A stretch of DNA of 64,000 nt from Rhodoferax sp. (GTDB lineage Bacteria > Pseudomonadota > Gammaproteobacteria > Burkholderiales > Burkholderiaceae_C). A program made the position numbers and the translations under genes. Numbering within the stretch: the stretch's first letter is position 1; every line of letters begins with the position of its first letter. The notes under the pieces were generated by a model that was given only the letters and a program-made list of their open reading frames with translations, was not told the origin of the DNA and ran no database searches. Below, piece by piece: positions 20,545 to 31,157 of the stretch. The stretch covers positions 17,370 through 81,369 of the forward strand of contig NZ_JAURYQ010000017.1 of the NCBI RefSeq assembly GCF_030653815.1, in the 5' to 3' direction.

Positions 20545-21150
20545 TTATTTCACCAGGGTTGCAGAGTTGATAAGAATAGGGGTTTTGGGGACGTCGGCAC
20601 CAACCGGGCCCATGCCGGTGGGCACGACTTTGATTTTGTCGATCACGTCCATGCCGGAAACGACTTTACCAAACACGGTGTAGCCGTAGCCCTGGGTGCC
20701 TGGGTCCAGGAAGGCGTTGTCCTTGACGTTGATATAAAACTGGGCGGTGGCCGACTGCGGGTCGCTGGTGCGCGCCATGGCAAGCGTGCCAACCGCATTG
20801 CGCAAGCCCTTTTCCATGGCCTGGCGGCCTTCGTGCACCACGGGGGCGCGGGTGGGCTTTTGTTGGAAATTGGCATCAAAACCGCCGCCCTGCACCATGA
20901 AGTTGTTGATTACCCGGTGAAACACGGTGCCGTCATAGTGCTTGTCCTTGACGTACTGCAAAAAATTTTCGACAGTTTTGGGCGCCTTGTCGGGGTACAC
21001 CTCGACCACAAAATCACCCGATGATGTGGCAAATTTGACCTTTGGTGCGGCTTGCGCCAGGGCCAGATGGGCGGCGGAAAGCAATGTGGCCGCGACCAGC
21101 GTGGTGCGGGCCAAGGAAAAAAGGGTTTTTAGATGCATGGTGCCGCTCAT
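20545..21150 (-). CDS. ppiA: Cyclophilin peptidyl-prolyl isomerase, periplasmic
   Basis: Signal peptide plus FHRVINNFMVQGGG, AMARTSDPQSATAQF. Confidence 0.9.
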   Translation of the reverse strand: MSGTMHLKTLFSLARTTLVAATLLSAAHLALAQAAPKVKFATSSGDFVVEVYPDKAPKTVENFLQYVKDKHYDGTVFHRVINNFMVQGGGFDANFQQKPTRAPVVHEGRQAMEKGLRNAVGTLAMARTSDPQSATAQFYINVKDNAFLDPGTQGYGYTVFGKVVSGMDVIDKIKVVPTGMGPVGADVPKTPILINSATLVK

Positions 21151-21686
21151 TTCTTGGGTGCCAGTTTGGGTTTGAACACGTCAAGCGTCAGGGTCAGCTT
21201 GGGTGGAATCGCCGTGTTGCCGCTGTCCAGCAGCAAAGCCCTGTTGTAGGACTGACTGGCCAGCCGGACATAGACGTCACCCAGGTTTTCGTGGGCGGTG
21301 GCGTAGTTGGGGTTGGTGCGAATGGCCATTTCAAGCGTCACGCGCGCCTTGTCATACTGGCCCTGGCCCGCGTAAAGCACGGCCAGGTTGTTGTACGGCT
21401 CGGGCAGTTCAGGGTAGTCCTGGGTCAGCAGCGTGAAGGTATTGATGGCCTCGGCCGGTTTGCCCAGATTGCGCTGGATCACGCCCTTGAGAAAACGCAT
21501 TTGGGGGTCGGCGGGTTTGCTGGCCAGGTAGCTGTCAACCTTGGCCAGGGCTTCGGTGAATTTGTTGGCGCGCACCAATTGGTTGGTGTCTGCGTATTCG
21601 TCCGCATGGCCCGACAGGGCCGTCAAGGCTCCCAACAGGGTGAGCCAGCGCAAGGATGTGTAAACAATTGAACGGGCGTGCTTCAT
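21147..21686 (-). CDS. Exported tetratricopeptide-repeat protein
   Basis: Signal peptide; TPR motifs PEPYNNLAVLYA, ATAHENLGDVY. Confidence 0.85.
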   Translation of the reverse strand: MKHARSIVYTSLRWLTLLGALTALSGHADEYADTNQLVRANKFTEALAKVDSYLASKPADPQMRFLKGVIQRNLGKPAEAINTFTLLTQDYPELPEPYNNLAVLYAGQGQYDKARVTLEMAIRTNPNYATAHENLGDVYVRLASQSYNRALLLDSGNTAIPPKLTLTLDVFKPKLAPKK

Positions 21687-21877
21687 GGGTGGATGGGTCC
21701 GGTAGGGTGGGCTTGACCTGCCAGAAAGCGGGTGAATGCAGGGCCTTATACTGAGGTGAATTGTAGCTGAGGGTCGTTGATTGGAACGCCTGCCGGCCAC
21801 TGCCAGCCATGCACCATGAACGCGCTGTGCCCCTTGCCTGGCGCAGTTTTGCCCTTCACACCGAATTTGAAATACTC

Positions 21878-23254
21878 ATGAGTTTGCGCATTTACAACAC
21901 GCTGTCGCGTGATCTTGAACCCTTTAAGCCTTTGCAGCCCGGCCACGTTCGCATGTACGTGTGCGGCATGACCGTGTACGACCTGTGCCACCTCGGCCAC
22001 GCGCGGGCCATGGTGGCCTTTGATTTGGTGCAGCGCTGGCTTAAAAGCAGTGGCTACCAGGTGCACTACGTCCGCAACGTCACGGATATTGACGACAAAA
22101 TCATCAAACGTGCGTTGGAAAACGGTGAAACCATCCGCGCCCTCACCGACCGCATGGTGGACGCACTGCACCAGGACGCCGACGCCTTGGGAATTGAGCG
22201 GCCCACCCACGAGCCGCGTGCCACCGACTACGTGCCTTCCATGCTCAAGCTCATCAGCCAGTTGCAGGACAAGGGACTGGCCTACCAGAGCGGTGACGGC
22301 GACGTGAACTTTGCGGTGCGCAAATTTGATGGCTACGGCAAGCTCAGTGGCAAATCGCTCGACGAGTTGCGTGCCGGTGAGCGCGTGGCTGTGGTGGATG
22401 GCAAGACCGACCCGCTGGACTTTGTGCTGTGGAAATCGGCCAAACCCAGTGAACCTGCCGACGCCAAATGGGACAGCGTTTACGGTGTTGGTCGCCCGGG
22501 CTGGCACATCGAGTGTTCGGCCATGTGTGGCGAATTGCTGGGCCAGACGGTGGACATCCATGGTGGCGGTGCCGACCTGCAGTTTCCTCACCACGAAAAC
22601 GAAATTGCCCAAAGTGAAGGCGCCAACGGGCAGCCGCTGGCGCGTTTCTGGATGCACAACGGATTTGTCACGCGTGACAACGAGAAAATGTCCAAGAGTC
22701 TGGGCAATTTCTTCACCATTCGCGAAATCCTGGCCCGCTTTGACGCCGAGACGCTGCGCTTCTTCATCATCCGCGCACACTACCGCAGTGCCTTGAACTA
22801 CAGCGATGTGCACCTCGAAGATGCCCGCCAGTCGCTCAAGCGCTTGTACACCGCGTTGGCGCTGGTGCCGCCCGAGGCGGTCACGATCGACTGGAGCGAC
22901 CCGTTTGCGGCGCGCTTCAAGGCCGCCATGGACGACGACTTCGGCACGCCGGAAGCGGTGGCCGTGCTGTTTGATCTGGCCAGTGAGGTCAACCGCACCC
23001 GCTCGGGCGCGTTGGCCGGTTTGCTGAAGGCGCTGGGCGGCTGCCTGGGGCTGTTGCAGCAAAACCCGCAAAGCTACCTGCAGTCGGGCACGGCGGTCCG
23101 CGACACCGACATTGCCCAGCGCATTGCCGAGCGCGCGGCTGCCAAGGCCACCAAAAACTTTGCCGAGGCTGACCGTATTCGCCAGGAGTTGCTGGTGCAA
23201 GGTATCGTGCTCAAGGACAGCGCCAGCGGCACCACCTGGGAAGCCGCCAAATGA
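21878..23254 (+). CDS. cysS: Cysteinyl-tRNA synthetase
   Basis: [35 protein letters not shown]. Confidence 0.98.
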   Translation: MSLRIYNTLSRDLEPFKPLQPGHVRMYVCGMTVYDLCHLGHARAMVAFDLVQRWLKSSGYQVHYVRNVTDIDDKIIKRALENGETIRALTDRMVDALHQDADALGIERPTHEPRATDYVPSMLKLISQLQDKGLAYQSGDGDVNFAVRKFDGYGKLSGKSLDELRAGERVAVVDGKTDPLDFVLWKSAKPSEPADAKWDSVYGVGRPGWHIECSAMCGELLGQTVDIHGGGADLQFPHHENEIAQSEGANGQPLARFWMHNGFVTRDNEKMSKSLGNFFTIREILARFDAETLRFFIIRAHYRSALNYSDVHLEDARQSLKRLYTALALVPPEAVTIDWSDPFAARFKAAMDDDFGTPEAVAVLFDLASEVNRTRSGALAGLLKALGGCLGLLQQNPQSYLQSGTAVRDTDIAQRIAERAAAKATKNFAEADRIRQELLVQGIVLKDSASGTTWEAAK

Positions 23255-23267
23255 GATCAATGACGTG

Positions 23268-23912
23268 ATGGGTGCGACAGACAGTATGAGTATCGCGACG
23301 CCGGCGTATTGGGAAGATGCCTGCAAGCATCTGATGAAGAAAGACCGCGTCATGAAGCGGCTGATCCCACAGTTTGGTCAGACCTGCCTGCAAAGCCGGG
23401 GCGATGCCTTTGCCACCCTGGCCCGCAGCGTGGTGGGTCAGCAGATCTCGGTCAAGGCGGCCCAAACCGTGTGGGACCGCTTTGCGAAATTGCCGCAGCA
23501 GATGACACCGGCGCAGGTGCTCCGGCTCAAGATTGACGACATGCGGGCGGCCGGTTTGAGCGCCCGCAAGGTGGAATACCTGGTGGACCTGGCGCTGCAC
23601 TTTGACAATGGCTTGGTGCATGTGGAGGATTGGGTGGCCATGGACGACGAGGCCATCATTGACGAGCTGGTGGCCATTCGCGGCATAGGCCGCTGGACCG
23701 CCGAGATGTTCCTGATCTTTCATTTGATGCGCCCCAACGTGCTGCCGCTGGACGATGTGGGCCTGATCAACGGCATCAGCAAAAGCTATTTTTCAGGCGA
23801 AGTGGTCAGCCGCAGCGATGCGCGCGAGGTGGCGCTCGCCTGGGCTCCTTACCGGACCGTGGCAACTTGGTATATTTGGCGCTCGTTGGATCCGGTGCCG
23901 GTTGAATACTGA
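23268..23912 (+). CDS. HhH-GPD DNA-3-methyladenine glycosylase (AlkA-like)
   Basis: VVGQQISVKAA, IRGIGRWTAEM, LPLDDVG, WAPYRTVATWYIW. Confidence 0.9.
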   Translation: MGATDSMSIATPAYWEDACKHLMKKDRVMKRLIPQFGQTCLQSRGDAFATLARSVVGQQISVKAAQTVWDRFAKLPQQMTPAQVLRLKIDDMRAAGLSARKVEYLVDLALHFDNGLVHVEDWVAMDDEAIIDELVAIRGIGRWTAEMFLIFHLMRPNVLPLDDVGLINGISKSYFSGEVVSRSDAREVALAWAPYRTVATWYIWRSLDPVPVEY

Positions 23913-23913
23913 A

Positions 23914-24036
23914 ACCTTGTGGGTCAGATCTTTAGCTCTGACCCCAACTGATTGTTGGATGTCGACCTTGTGGGTCAGATCTTTAGCTTTGACCCCATCC
24001 GATCGTCGGATGTTGGATGTCAACCTTGCGGGTTAG
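23914..24036. repeat. Tandem REP-like palindromes (2 full, 1 partial)
   Basis: accttgtGGGTCAGAtctttagcT(C/T)TGACCCCa at 23914 and 23965; partial copy at 24023; linkers share tgttggatgtc. Confidence 0.8.
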
Positions 24037-24067
24037 ACTTGTTTTGAATTGATGAGATGGAGTTGTT

Positions 24068-25045
24068 GTGGCTAAAAAAACTTTCCTCGATTTCGAGAAC
24101 CCGATTGCCGAGCTGGAAAACAAGATTGAAGAGCTGCGCTATGTGCAGACCGAGTCGGCGGTGGATATTTCGGCTGAAATCACCCAACTGGCCAAAAAAA
24201 GCCAGCAGCTCACCAAAGACATTTACAGTGACCTGACACCTTGGCAAATTACCAAAATTGCCCGCCATGCCGAGCGCCCGTACACCATGGACTACGTGAA
24301 CGAACTGTTCACCCATTTTGTCGAACTGCACGGCGACCGCCATTTTTCGGACGACCTCAGCATCGTGGGGGGGCTGGCCCGTTTCAATGGCACACCGTGC
24401 ATGGTGATTGGCCAGCAAAAAGGGCGCGACACCCGCGAGCGCGCCACTCGCAACTTTGGCATGAGCAAGCCCGAGGGTTACCGCAAGGCCTTGCGGCTCA
24501 TGAAAACCGCTGAAAAGTTCAAGCTTCCGGTGTTCACTTTTGTCGACACACCGGGCGCCTACCCGGGCATTGATGCCGAAGAGCGTGGCCAGTCCGAGGC
24601 CATTGGCCGCAACATCTTCGAGATGGCGCAGCTGGAAGTGCCGGTGATCGTCACCATCATTGGCGAAGGCGGCTCCGGTGGCGCGCTGGCGATCTCGGTG
24701 GGCGATCAGGTGCTGATGCTGCAATATTCGATTTACTCGGTGATCAGCCCCGAAGGTTGTGCTTCCATTTTGTGGAAAACCTCCGAAAAGGCCCAAGAAG
24801 CGGCTGACGCGCTGGGCATTACCGCGCACCGCCTCAAGGCCCTGGGTGTGATCGACAAGATAGTCAACGAACCGGTCGGTGGTGCGCACCGCGACCCCCG
24901 GCAAATGGCGGCTTTCCTCAAGCGCGCGTTGACCGATGCGTATCGCCAGGTCAGCGACCTCAAGGTCGACGAACTGCTGGCGCGGCGCTACGAGCGTCTG
25001 CAGAGTTATGGCCGTTTCACCGACACCAAAAACACGGGCAAGTAA
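24068..25045 (+). CDS. accA: Acetyl-CoA carboxylase carboxyltransferase alpha
   Basis: [34 protein letters not shown]. Confidence 0.98.
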   Translation: MAKKTFLDFENPIAELENKIEELRYVQTESAVDISAEITQLAKKSQQLTKDIYSDLTPWQITKIARHAERPYTMDYVNELFTHFVELHGDRHFSDDLSIVGGLARFNGTPCMVIGQQKGRDTRERATRNFGMSKPEGYRKALRLMKTAEKFKLPVFTFVDTPGAYPGIDAEERGQSEAIGRNIFEMAQLEVPVIVTIIGEGGSGGALAISVGDQVLMLQYSIYSVISPEGCASILWKTSEKAQEAADALGITAHRLKALGVIDKIVNEPVGGAHRDPRQMAAFLKRALTDAYRQVSDLKVDELLARRYERLQSYGRFTDTKNTGK

Positions 25046-25059
25046 ATCGCCGTCATGCC

Positions 25060-26040
25060 ATGACACGCTCGTTTGAGCAGGCCATTGCAGACTTTGCGCC
25101 AGCGTTGCCCTTGGCCGTGGCCTACAGCGGCGGCGCAGATTCCACGGCGCTGCTGTTGGCTTGCGCACGCCAATGGCCGGGGCAGGTGACTGCCGTCCAT
25201 GTACACCATGGTTTGCAGGCGGCGGGTGACGACTTCGAGCGCCATTGCCGCAGCTTTTGTGCCGACCTGAATGTGCCGTTGGTGGTGCAAAAAGTCGATG
25301 CCCGCCACGCCCCGGGGCAAAGCCCGGAAGCGGCGGCGCGCCACGCCCGCTACCAGGCCATTGATGCGCTGGCCCTGCATGGGCAGCTCGCCATTCAAAC
25401 CATCGCCATAGCGCAGCACGCCGACGACCAGGTCGAAACCCTGCTGCTGGCGCTGAGCCGGGGTGCCGGCCTGCCGGGCCTGAGCGCCATGGCCGCGCAG
25501 TGGCAGCGTGGCGGGCTGACTTATTGCCGGCCCTTGCTGCAGGTCAGCGGCATCGCCATTCGGGACTGGCTGCAGACCGAGGGCGCTCGGTTCATTGAAG
25601 ACCCCAGCAACGTCGATGAGCGGTTTACCCGCAACCGCATTCGCGCCCGCGTGTTACCTGTGTTGCAAGCCTGTTTTCCGCAGTTTCGCGACACCTTCAC
25701 CCGCAGCAGCCGGCATGCCGCTCAGGCCCAGGTGCTGTTGCAGGAGGTGGCGGCTGAAGACCTGGCGCGCGTGGGCGTGCCGCCCGACGTCAAGGCCTTG
25801 CAGGCGCTGAGTCCCGCGCGGCTGGCCAATCTGTTGCGCCATTGGTTGCTGAGCGCGCACCAAGCGACACCAACCAGCGCGCAGTTGGAAGCCCTGACGG
25901 CCCAGATTGCGGCTTGCCGCACCCGGGGTCATCAGATCCACCTGAAAGTGGGTCAGGGCTTTTGTGTCAGGCGGGGGAAAGTCCTCGATTGGTACAATCC
26001 CCATCCTTTGCAACCCTCTTCAAACCCTTCATGTCCTTGA
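25060..26040 (+). CDS. tilS: tRNA(Ile)-lysidine synthase
   Basis: AVAYSGGADS, HVHHGL, AQHADDQVET, RPLL, EDPSN. Confidence 0.95.
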   Translation: MTRSFEQAIADFAPALPLAVAYSGGADSTALLLACARQWPGQVTAVHVHHGLQAAGDDFERHCRSFCADLNVPLVVQKVDARHAPGQSPEAAARHARYQAIDALALHGQLAIQTIAIAQHADDQVETLLLALSRGAGLPGLSAMAAQWQRGGLTYCRPLLQVSGIAIRDWLQTEGARFIEDPSNVDERFTRNRIRARVLPVLQACFPQFRDTFTRSSRHAAQAQVLLQEVAAEDLARVGVPPDVKALQALSPARLANLLRHWLLSAHQATPTSAQLEALTAQIAACRTRGHQIHLKVGQGFCVRRGKVLDWYNPHPLQPSSNPSCP

Positions 26041-27299
26041 TTGTTCACAAATACGGCGGCACCTCGATGGGCTCAACCGAGCGCATCAGCAATGTCGCCA
26101 AACGCGTTGCCAAATGGGCGCGTGCCGGCCACCAGATGGTGGTGGTGCCCAGCGCCATGAGCGGCGAAACCAATCGTTTGCTGGCCCTGGCCAAAGAGCT
26201 GGCACCTGCCAAATTGAACGATGCCTACAACCGTGAACTCGACATGCTGGCCGCCACTGGCGAGCAGGCCTCCAGTGCCTTGCTGGCCATCGCGCTGCAG
26301 GCCCAGGGCCTGGAATCGGTGAGCTATGCCGGTTGGCAGGTGCCCATTCGCACCAACAGCGCCTACACCAAGGCCCGCATCGAATCGATTGACGACAAAC
26401 GCGTGCGCGCCGACCTGGATGCTGGCCGGGTCGTCATCGTGACCGGTTTCCAGGGCCTGGACGAAGCAGGCAACATCACCACGCTGGGCCGCGGCGGTTC
26501 CGACACCTCGGCGGTAGCTGTGGCAGCGGCCATGAAGGCCGACGAATGCCTGATCTACACCGACGTCGACGGCGTCTACACCACCGACCCGCGCGTGGTG
26601 CCCGACGCGCGCCGCCTGCACACCGTCAGCTTCGAGGAAATGCTGGAGATGGCCTCGCTGGGCTCCAAGGTGCTGCAGATTCGCTCGGTGGAATTTGCCG
26701 GCAAGTACAAAGTCAAATTGCGTGTGCTGTCGAGCTTCACGCCGTGGGACATCGACATCAATGAAGAAGCCAAATCTGGCACCCTGATCACTTTTGAGGA
26801 AGACGAAAACATGGAGCAAGCCATCGTTTCAGGCATCGCATTTACCCGCGACGAGACCAAAATTTCTGTGCTGGGCGTGCCCGACAAGCCCGGTATTGCC
26901 TACCAGATCCTGGGTGCTGTGGCCGACGCCAACATCGAAGTCGACATGATCATCCAGAACATCAGCAAGGATGGCAAGACCGACTTCAGCTTCACCGTGA
27001 ACCACGGCGACTACGCCAAGGCCATGGACTTGCTGAAAAACGTGGTGCTGCCCAAACTGGGTGCGCAAGAGGTGGTGGGCGACACCAAGATTTGCAAGGT
27101 GTCGATCGTCGGCATCGGCATGCGCAGCCATGTGGGTGTGGCCAGCACCATGTTCCGCGTCTTGAGCGAAGAAGGCATCAACATCCAGATGATTTCCACC
27201 AGCGAGATCAAGACTTCGGTGGTGATTGACGAGAAGTATATGGAACTCGCCGTGAAGGCACTGCACAAAGCTTTTGGCCTGGATCAGGCGCCAGCCTGA
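26031..27299 (+). CDS. lysC: Aspartate kinase (two ACT domains)
   Basis: HKYGGTS, SAMSGETN, TTLGRGGSDTSA, YTDVDGVYTTDPR, ISTSEIK. Confidence 0.97.
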   Translation: MSLIVHKYGGTSMGSTERISNVAKRVAKWARAGHQMVVVPSAMSGETNRLLALAKELAPAKLNDAYNRELDMLAATGEQASSALLAIALQAQGLESVSYAGWQVPIRTNSAYTKARIESIDDKRVRADLDAGRVVIVTGFQGLDEAGNITTLGRGGSDTSAVAVAAAMKADECLIYTDVDGVYTTDPRVVPDARRLHTVSFEEMLEMASLGSKVLQIRSVEFAGKYKVKLRVLSSFTPWDIDINEEAKSGTLITFEEDENMEQAIVSGIAFTRDETKISVLGVPDKPGIAYQILGAVADANIEVDMIIQNISKDGKTDFSFTVNHGDYAKAMDLLKNVVLPKLGAQEVVGDTKICKVSIVGIGMRSHVGVASTMFRVLSEEGINIQMISTSEIKTSVVIDEKYMELAVKALHKAFGLDQAPA

Positions 27300-27342
27300 A
27301 AAAAGCCTTGAAGTCGTGACATAATCGCGGCTCTGATTTTCA

Positions 27343-27435
27343 GGAAACGTGACCGAGTGGCCGAAGGTGCTCCCCTGCTAAGGGAGTATGGGGTGTAGAG
27401 CCTCATCGAGGGTTCGAATCCCTCCGTTTCCGCCA
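27343..27435 (+). tRNA. tRNA-Ser(GCT)
   Basis: ggaaacgtgaccgagtggccgaagg...ctccc-ctGCTaa-gggag, long variable arm, ggttcgaatccc...ccgcca. Confidence 0.96.
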
Positions 27436-27440
27436 GTACT

Positions 27441-27475
27441 AAACCCCAAGTGATTGATTTACTTGGGGTTTTTTT
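27441..27475 (+). terminator. Terminator after tRNA-Ser with an IHF consensus box
   Basis: aaaccccaagt-gattgattt-acttggggttt plus T run; the reverse strand reads aatcaatcacttg (WATCAANNNNTTR). Confidence 0.75.
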
Positions 27476-27773
27476 ATGTCCGGGCTGATGTGCAGCACAG
27501 CGGCATGACGGCGTCGCATGACGAAGCCGATCGCCACCACCTGCATGGCGGCATTGGCGTCGATGCCAAACAGTGCGCAGGCCATCAGGATCAAAGCGCT
27601 TCAGTCGGTCGTTTTTTACCCAGGCTTCAGATGCCTTTCTCGTGTGCCGTCAGGTTCGTGCGTAACAACCAATTCGCCACGACATTCCTTTTTTTGCGAA
27701 CTATTCCTATTGTTTTTTCAGAATAAACATGTTGATATCTCGATAAACTTCGACATCAATTCGAAAGGACGTT

Positions 27774-28733
27774 ATGGAAACAATTGCCCCGCTATGGTTG
27801 TGGGTCACCTTCGGCGGCATCGTGCTGGTGTCGCTGTTCGTTGACTTTGTCGTGCTCAAAAAGCAGGGCTCGCATGACATCGGTGTCAAGGAGGCGCTGA
27901 ACTGGTCGCTGGTCTGGATTTCGCTTAGCTTCTTGTTCAACGGACTTTTTTGGTGGGCAGTCAGGGACGCCACCGGCTCGACCGAGATGGCCAACACCAA
28001 ATCGCTTGAATTCCTGACCGGTTACCTGATTGAGAAATCACTGGCCGTGGACAACATTTTTGTCTTTCTGTTGATCTTCACTTACTTTGCGGTACCGACG
28101 CATTTCCAGAAACGGGTGCTGATGATCGGCATCATCGGCGCCATTGTGTTGCGCACCATCATGATTCTGGTGGGGGGCTGGTTGTTGGCTGAGTTCCACT
28201 GGATCTTGTATGTGTTCGGAGCGTTCCTGATCCTGACTGGCATCAAGATGTGGTGGGCCGCCGGCAAAGAGCCTGACCTGAACGACAACCCCGCTTTGAA
28301 GTTGCTGCGCAAGCTGCTGCCGGTCAGCAAGCATTATGACGGCGAGAAGTTCTGGACGGTCGAAAACGGCAAACGCATTGCCACACCGCTGTTCATGGTG
28401 ATTTGTCTGATTGCGCTCACCGATGTGATTTTTGCGGTGGACTCCATCCCCGCCATCTTTGCCATCACCAAGGACCCGTTCATCGTGCTGACCAGCAACG
28501 TCTTTGCCATTCTGGGCTTGCGTGCCATGTACTTTTTGCTGGCCGCGGTGGCCAACAAGTTTCACTTGCTCAACTATGGCCTTGCGGTTATTCTGGTGTT
28601 CATCGGTACCAAGATGTCCTTGATCGATGTGTACAAAATCCCGGTGCATGTGTCGCTGGGGGTGGTCGCGGGCATTTTGGCCTTTACCATGCTGCTGAGC
28701 CTGCGCACGACCCCTGTGCGAATCAAGGAGTGA
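27774..28733 (+). CDS. TerC/Alx-family membrane protein
   Basis: GYLIEKSLAVDNIFVF, QKRVL--GI-GAIVLR, DVIFAVDSIPAIFAIT, NVFAILGLRAMYF. Confidence 0.93.
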   Translation: METIAPLWLWVTFGGIVLVSLFVDFVVLKKQGSHDIGVKEALNWSLVWISLSFLFNGLFWWAVRDATGSTEMANTKSLEFLTGYLIEKSLAVDNIFVFLLIFTYFAVPTHFQKRVLMIGIIGAIVLRTIMILVGGWLLAEFHWILYVFGAFLILTGIKMWWAAGKEPDLNDNPALKLLRKLLPVSKHYDGEKFWTVENGKRIATPLFMVICLIALTDVIFAVDSIPAIFAITKDPFIVLTSNVFAILGLRAMYFLLAAVANKFHLLNYGLAVILVFIGTKMSLIDVYKIPVHVSLGVVAGILAFTMLLSLRTTPVRIKE

Positions 28734-28770
28734 ATCGTCGCGTGAGCTGCCCGATCTGGAGATAAGGCCG

Positions 28771-29727
28771 ATGGATGTCTGGATGACCATCGCGTTGGGC
28801 TTGACGATGCTGTTGTTGGGCGGGGAACTGCTGGTGCGCGGTGCGGTGGCGTCGGCGAAGTCAATGGGCGTGTCGCCGCTGCTGATCGGGCTCACGCTGG
28901 TCGGGTTCGGCACCTCGACGCCGGAGTTGGTGACGAGTGTGACGGCCGCACTCAACGGCTCGCCGGGCATTGCGGTGGGCAATGTGGTGGGCTCGAACAT
29001 TGCCAACATCTTGTTCATTCTGGGGCTGTCCGCGGTGATTTACCCGATGGCCGTCAACCCGAAGGGCTTCCAGCGCGACGCCCTCATGATGACGGCGGCG
29101 GCGCTGGCTTGCCTGGGTGTGGTGCTTTACGGACGCATGGACATGCTGATGGGCGCGGCCTTCATTGCGATCTTGTTGGTCTATATTGTGTTTGTGGCTG
29201 TGCAGGAGAAACGCGCGCCGGACGAGGCGGCCCTGGTGGCCGAGCACCGCGCGGAGGATGCGCGTAAAGGGCCGGGCAAGATGGCGCTCTCGTTGACCAT
29301 GGCAGTGGCTGGCATTGCGATCACTATTTTTGGTGCGCGCTTTCTGGTGGACGGCTCGATTGGCCTGGCCAAAGGCCTGGGGATATCGGACACGATCATC
29401 GGGCTGACCATTGTGGCCGTGGGTACCTCGATGCCCGAGTTGGTGACCTCCGTGATGGCGGCGCTGCGCAAGCATGCCGATGTGGCTTACGGCAACATCG
29501 TGGGCTCGAATATCTTCAACGTGCTTTTTATTCTGGGCACTACAGCCATCGTCCACCCGATCGAGATGCCTCGCCAGATTGCGGCTTTTGACATTTGGGT
29601 GATGCTGGTGGCGACAGGCTTGCTCGTTTACTTTGCTCGCACGGGCGCCAAACTGCAGCGCTGGGAGGGCTGGGTCTTTATTGCCGCTTATGCGACCTAC
29701 ACCGGCTATCTCATTTCTATTGCCTAG
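28771..29727 (+). CDS. Ca2+/cation antiporter (YrbG/CaCA family)
   Basis: Alpha-repeats GFGTSTPEL...GNVVGSNIAN and AVGTSMPEL...GNIVGSNIFN. Confidence 0.93.
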   Translation: MDVWMTIALGLTMLLLGGELLVRGAVASAKSMGVSPLLIGLTLVGFGTSTPELVTSVTAALNGSPGIAVGNVVGSNIANILFILGLSAVIYPMAVNPKGFQRDALMMTAAALACLGVVLYGRMDMLMGAAFIAILLVYIVFVAVQEKRAPDEAALVAEHRAEDARKGPGKMALSLTMAVAGIAITIFGARFLVDGSIGLAKGLGISDTIIGLTIVAVGTSMPELVTSVMAALRKHADVAYGNIVGSNIFNVLFILGTTAIVHPIEMPRQIAAFDIWVMLVATGLLVYFARTGAKLQRWEGWVFIAAYATYTGYLISIA

Positions 29728-29748
29728 ATCTTCACGCCAGAAATTCCG

Positions 29749-30633
29749 TTAAAGCGCTGCCTCCAGCAAACGCTGCACCAGCGGGTGTTGCACTTTCTTC
29801 TCAGTGCCGATGGCAAAGAAATGTTCGACCACCCCCTCGCAAGCACCCAAACGCTGCACTGCGTAATGGGCCAGCAAATCTTCGTGAACCCACTCGGCGG
29901 CCGGGAAGATCCCCATGCCGCTGGCGCCAAAAGTCTTGAGCAAAGCGCTGTCTTCAAACTCGCCCACCACGCGCGGCCGGATCGCGCGCTGCTCAAACCA
30001 GTGGTCCAGGCGCGCTCGGACCGCCGTGTGTGCAGTGGGCAGCAGCATAGGCACATCGGCCAGGCTTTGGGGAAAGTTTTTGCCTGCGGCTGCCACCATG
30101 TTCGCCGTGCCATACCAGGCGATCGCGGAGGACCCCATGCCATGGCTGTAGAGCTTGATGTTGGGGTTGGTGGGTGCGGGGCGGTCTGATAACACGACGT
30201 CCAATCGATGCAGGGCCAGATCCCCCAGCAACTCGTCAAACTCGCCCTCATTGCACAACAGGCGCAAATGGGGCTCGGGGATCACCGGCCCTAACAGTCG
30301 ATGCACCACCAGCTTGGGCAAGCCGTCGGAGATGCCCACGGCCAGGCGCACCGTGGGCGCGCTGACAGCGTCGCGCACCCTGGCCGGCAGGTCTTCGCCA
30401 AGCTGAAAAATCTGGTCCGCCTGTTGCATGGCGGCCAGGCCCGCGTCGGTCAATACCAGGCCCCGCCCAGCCGGTTTGAGCAGCGCGAAGCCGAGCGAAC
30501 GCTCCAGTTCGCGCACTTGGGCGCTGACGGTTTGCACCGCCATGTCCAACTTGTCGGCAGCCCGTGAAATGCCACCTTCTTTGGCCACAACCCAGAAGTA
30601 GTACAGGTGTTTGTAATTGAAGGGTTTGCTCAT
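29749..30633 (-). CDS. nhaR: NhaR-type LysR regulator
   Basis: NYKHLYYFWVVAKEG, Q---LE, GEFEDSALLKTFG typical of the NhaR subfamily. Confidence 0.8.
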   Translation of the reverse strand: MSKPFNYKHLYYFWVVAKEGGISRAADKLDMAVQTVSAQVRELERSLGFALLKPAGRGLVLTDAGLAAMQQADQIFQLGEDLPARVRDAVSAPTVRLAVGISDGLPKLVVHRLLGPVIPEPHLRLLCNEGEFDELLGDLALHRLDVVLSDRPAPTNPNIKLYSHGMGSSAIAWYGTANMVAAAGKNFPQSLADVPMLLPTAHTAVRARLDHWFEQRAIRPRVVGEFEDSALLKTFGASGMGIFPAAEWVHEDLLAHYAVQRLGACEGVVEHFFAIGTEKKVQHPLVQRLLEAAL

Positions 30634-30731
30634 GGTCTTGTTTTTTAAGAGTATCGGTTAAAAATTATCTGCTTTTTTAAGATCGTTCCCACTGCTATCG
30701 TCAAATCATCTGCAACCTTTAGGAGAAAACC

Positions 30732-31010
30732 ATGAAATGCCCAAGCTGCCCCGACACCACCCTGGTCATGAGTGATCGTCAGGGTGTCGAAATTGACTAC
30801 TGCCCCGCCTGCCGTGGCATCTGGCTGGACCGCGGAGAACTCGACAAACTGCTGGACCGGGCCGCCACCGCACCGCTGCCCGCGACATCAGCTGCTGCAG
30901 CGCCCCCACGGAGTCGGCAACAACCCGACTTTGAAGATTCGGATTTCCGCGACCGCCAGCGCTACCAGCACGGTCGCAAAAAGTCATGGCTCAGCGAGAT
31001 CTTTGACTGA
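30732..31010 (+). CDS. zf-TFIIB-type zinc-ribbon protein
   Basis: MKCPSC...GVEIDYCPACRGIWLDRGELDKLL; ends KKSWLSEIFD; RBS aggaga. Confidence 0.88.
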   Translation: MKCPSCPDTTLVMSDRQGVEIDYCPACRGIWLDRGELDKLLDRAATAPLPATSAAAAPPRSRQQPDFEDSDFRDRQRYQHGRKKSWLSEIFD

Positions 31011-31157
31011 AATCAAAAATAGTCGTCTTGCCGTTCCCATGCCGTCTGGCGGGAGACCCGGTTGTGCCGGAATTTCCCCCATCTATTGATCCAGGTGGGA
31101 TTCTTTCTTTGGGCTTGCGGTGTAGCATGTTGGCCATCAAAACTGAGGTGATCCATC

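Noticed and set aside
23914-24036. Possible mini-CRISPR array
   Set aside because: Only 2.5 units; the linkers are 18 and 25 nt and related to each other; no cas genes; the same palindrome occurs singly at 34819, so it is REP-like.
25060-26040. TilS shorter than the E. coli enzyme
   Set aside because: Catalytic motifs are intact and short TilS forms are common; no frameshift is evident.
27480-27773. yybP-ykoY Mn riboswitch upstream of terC; ORFs 27454-27726 and 27518-27844
   Set aside because: The conserved riboswitch core was not found by eye, and the ORFs have no recognisable family or good RBS.
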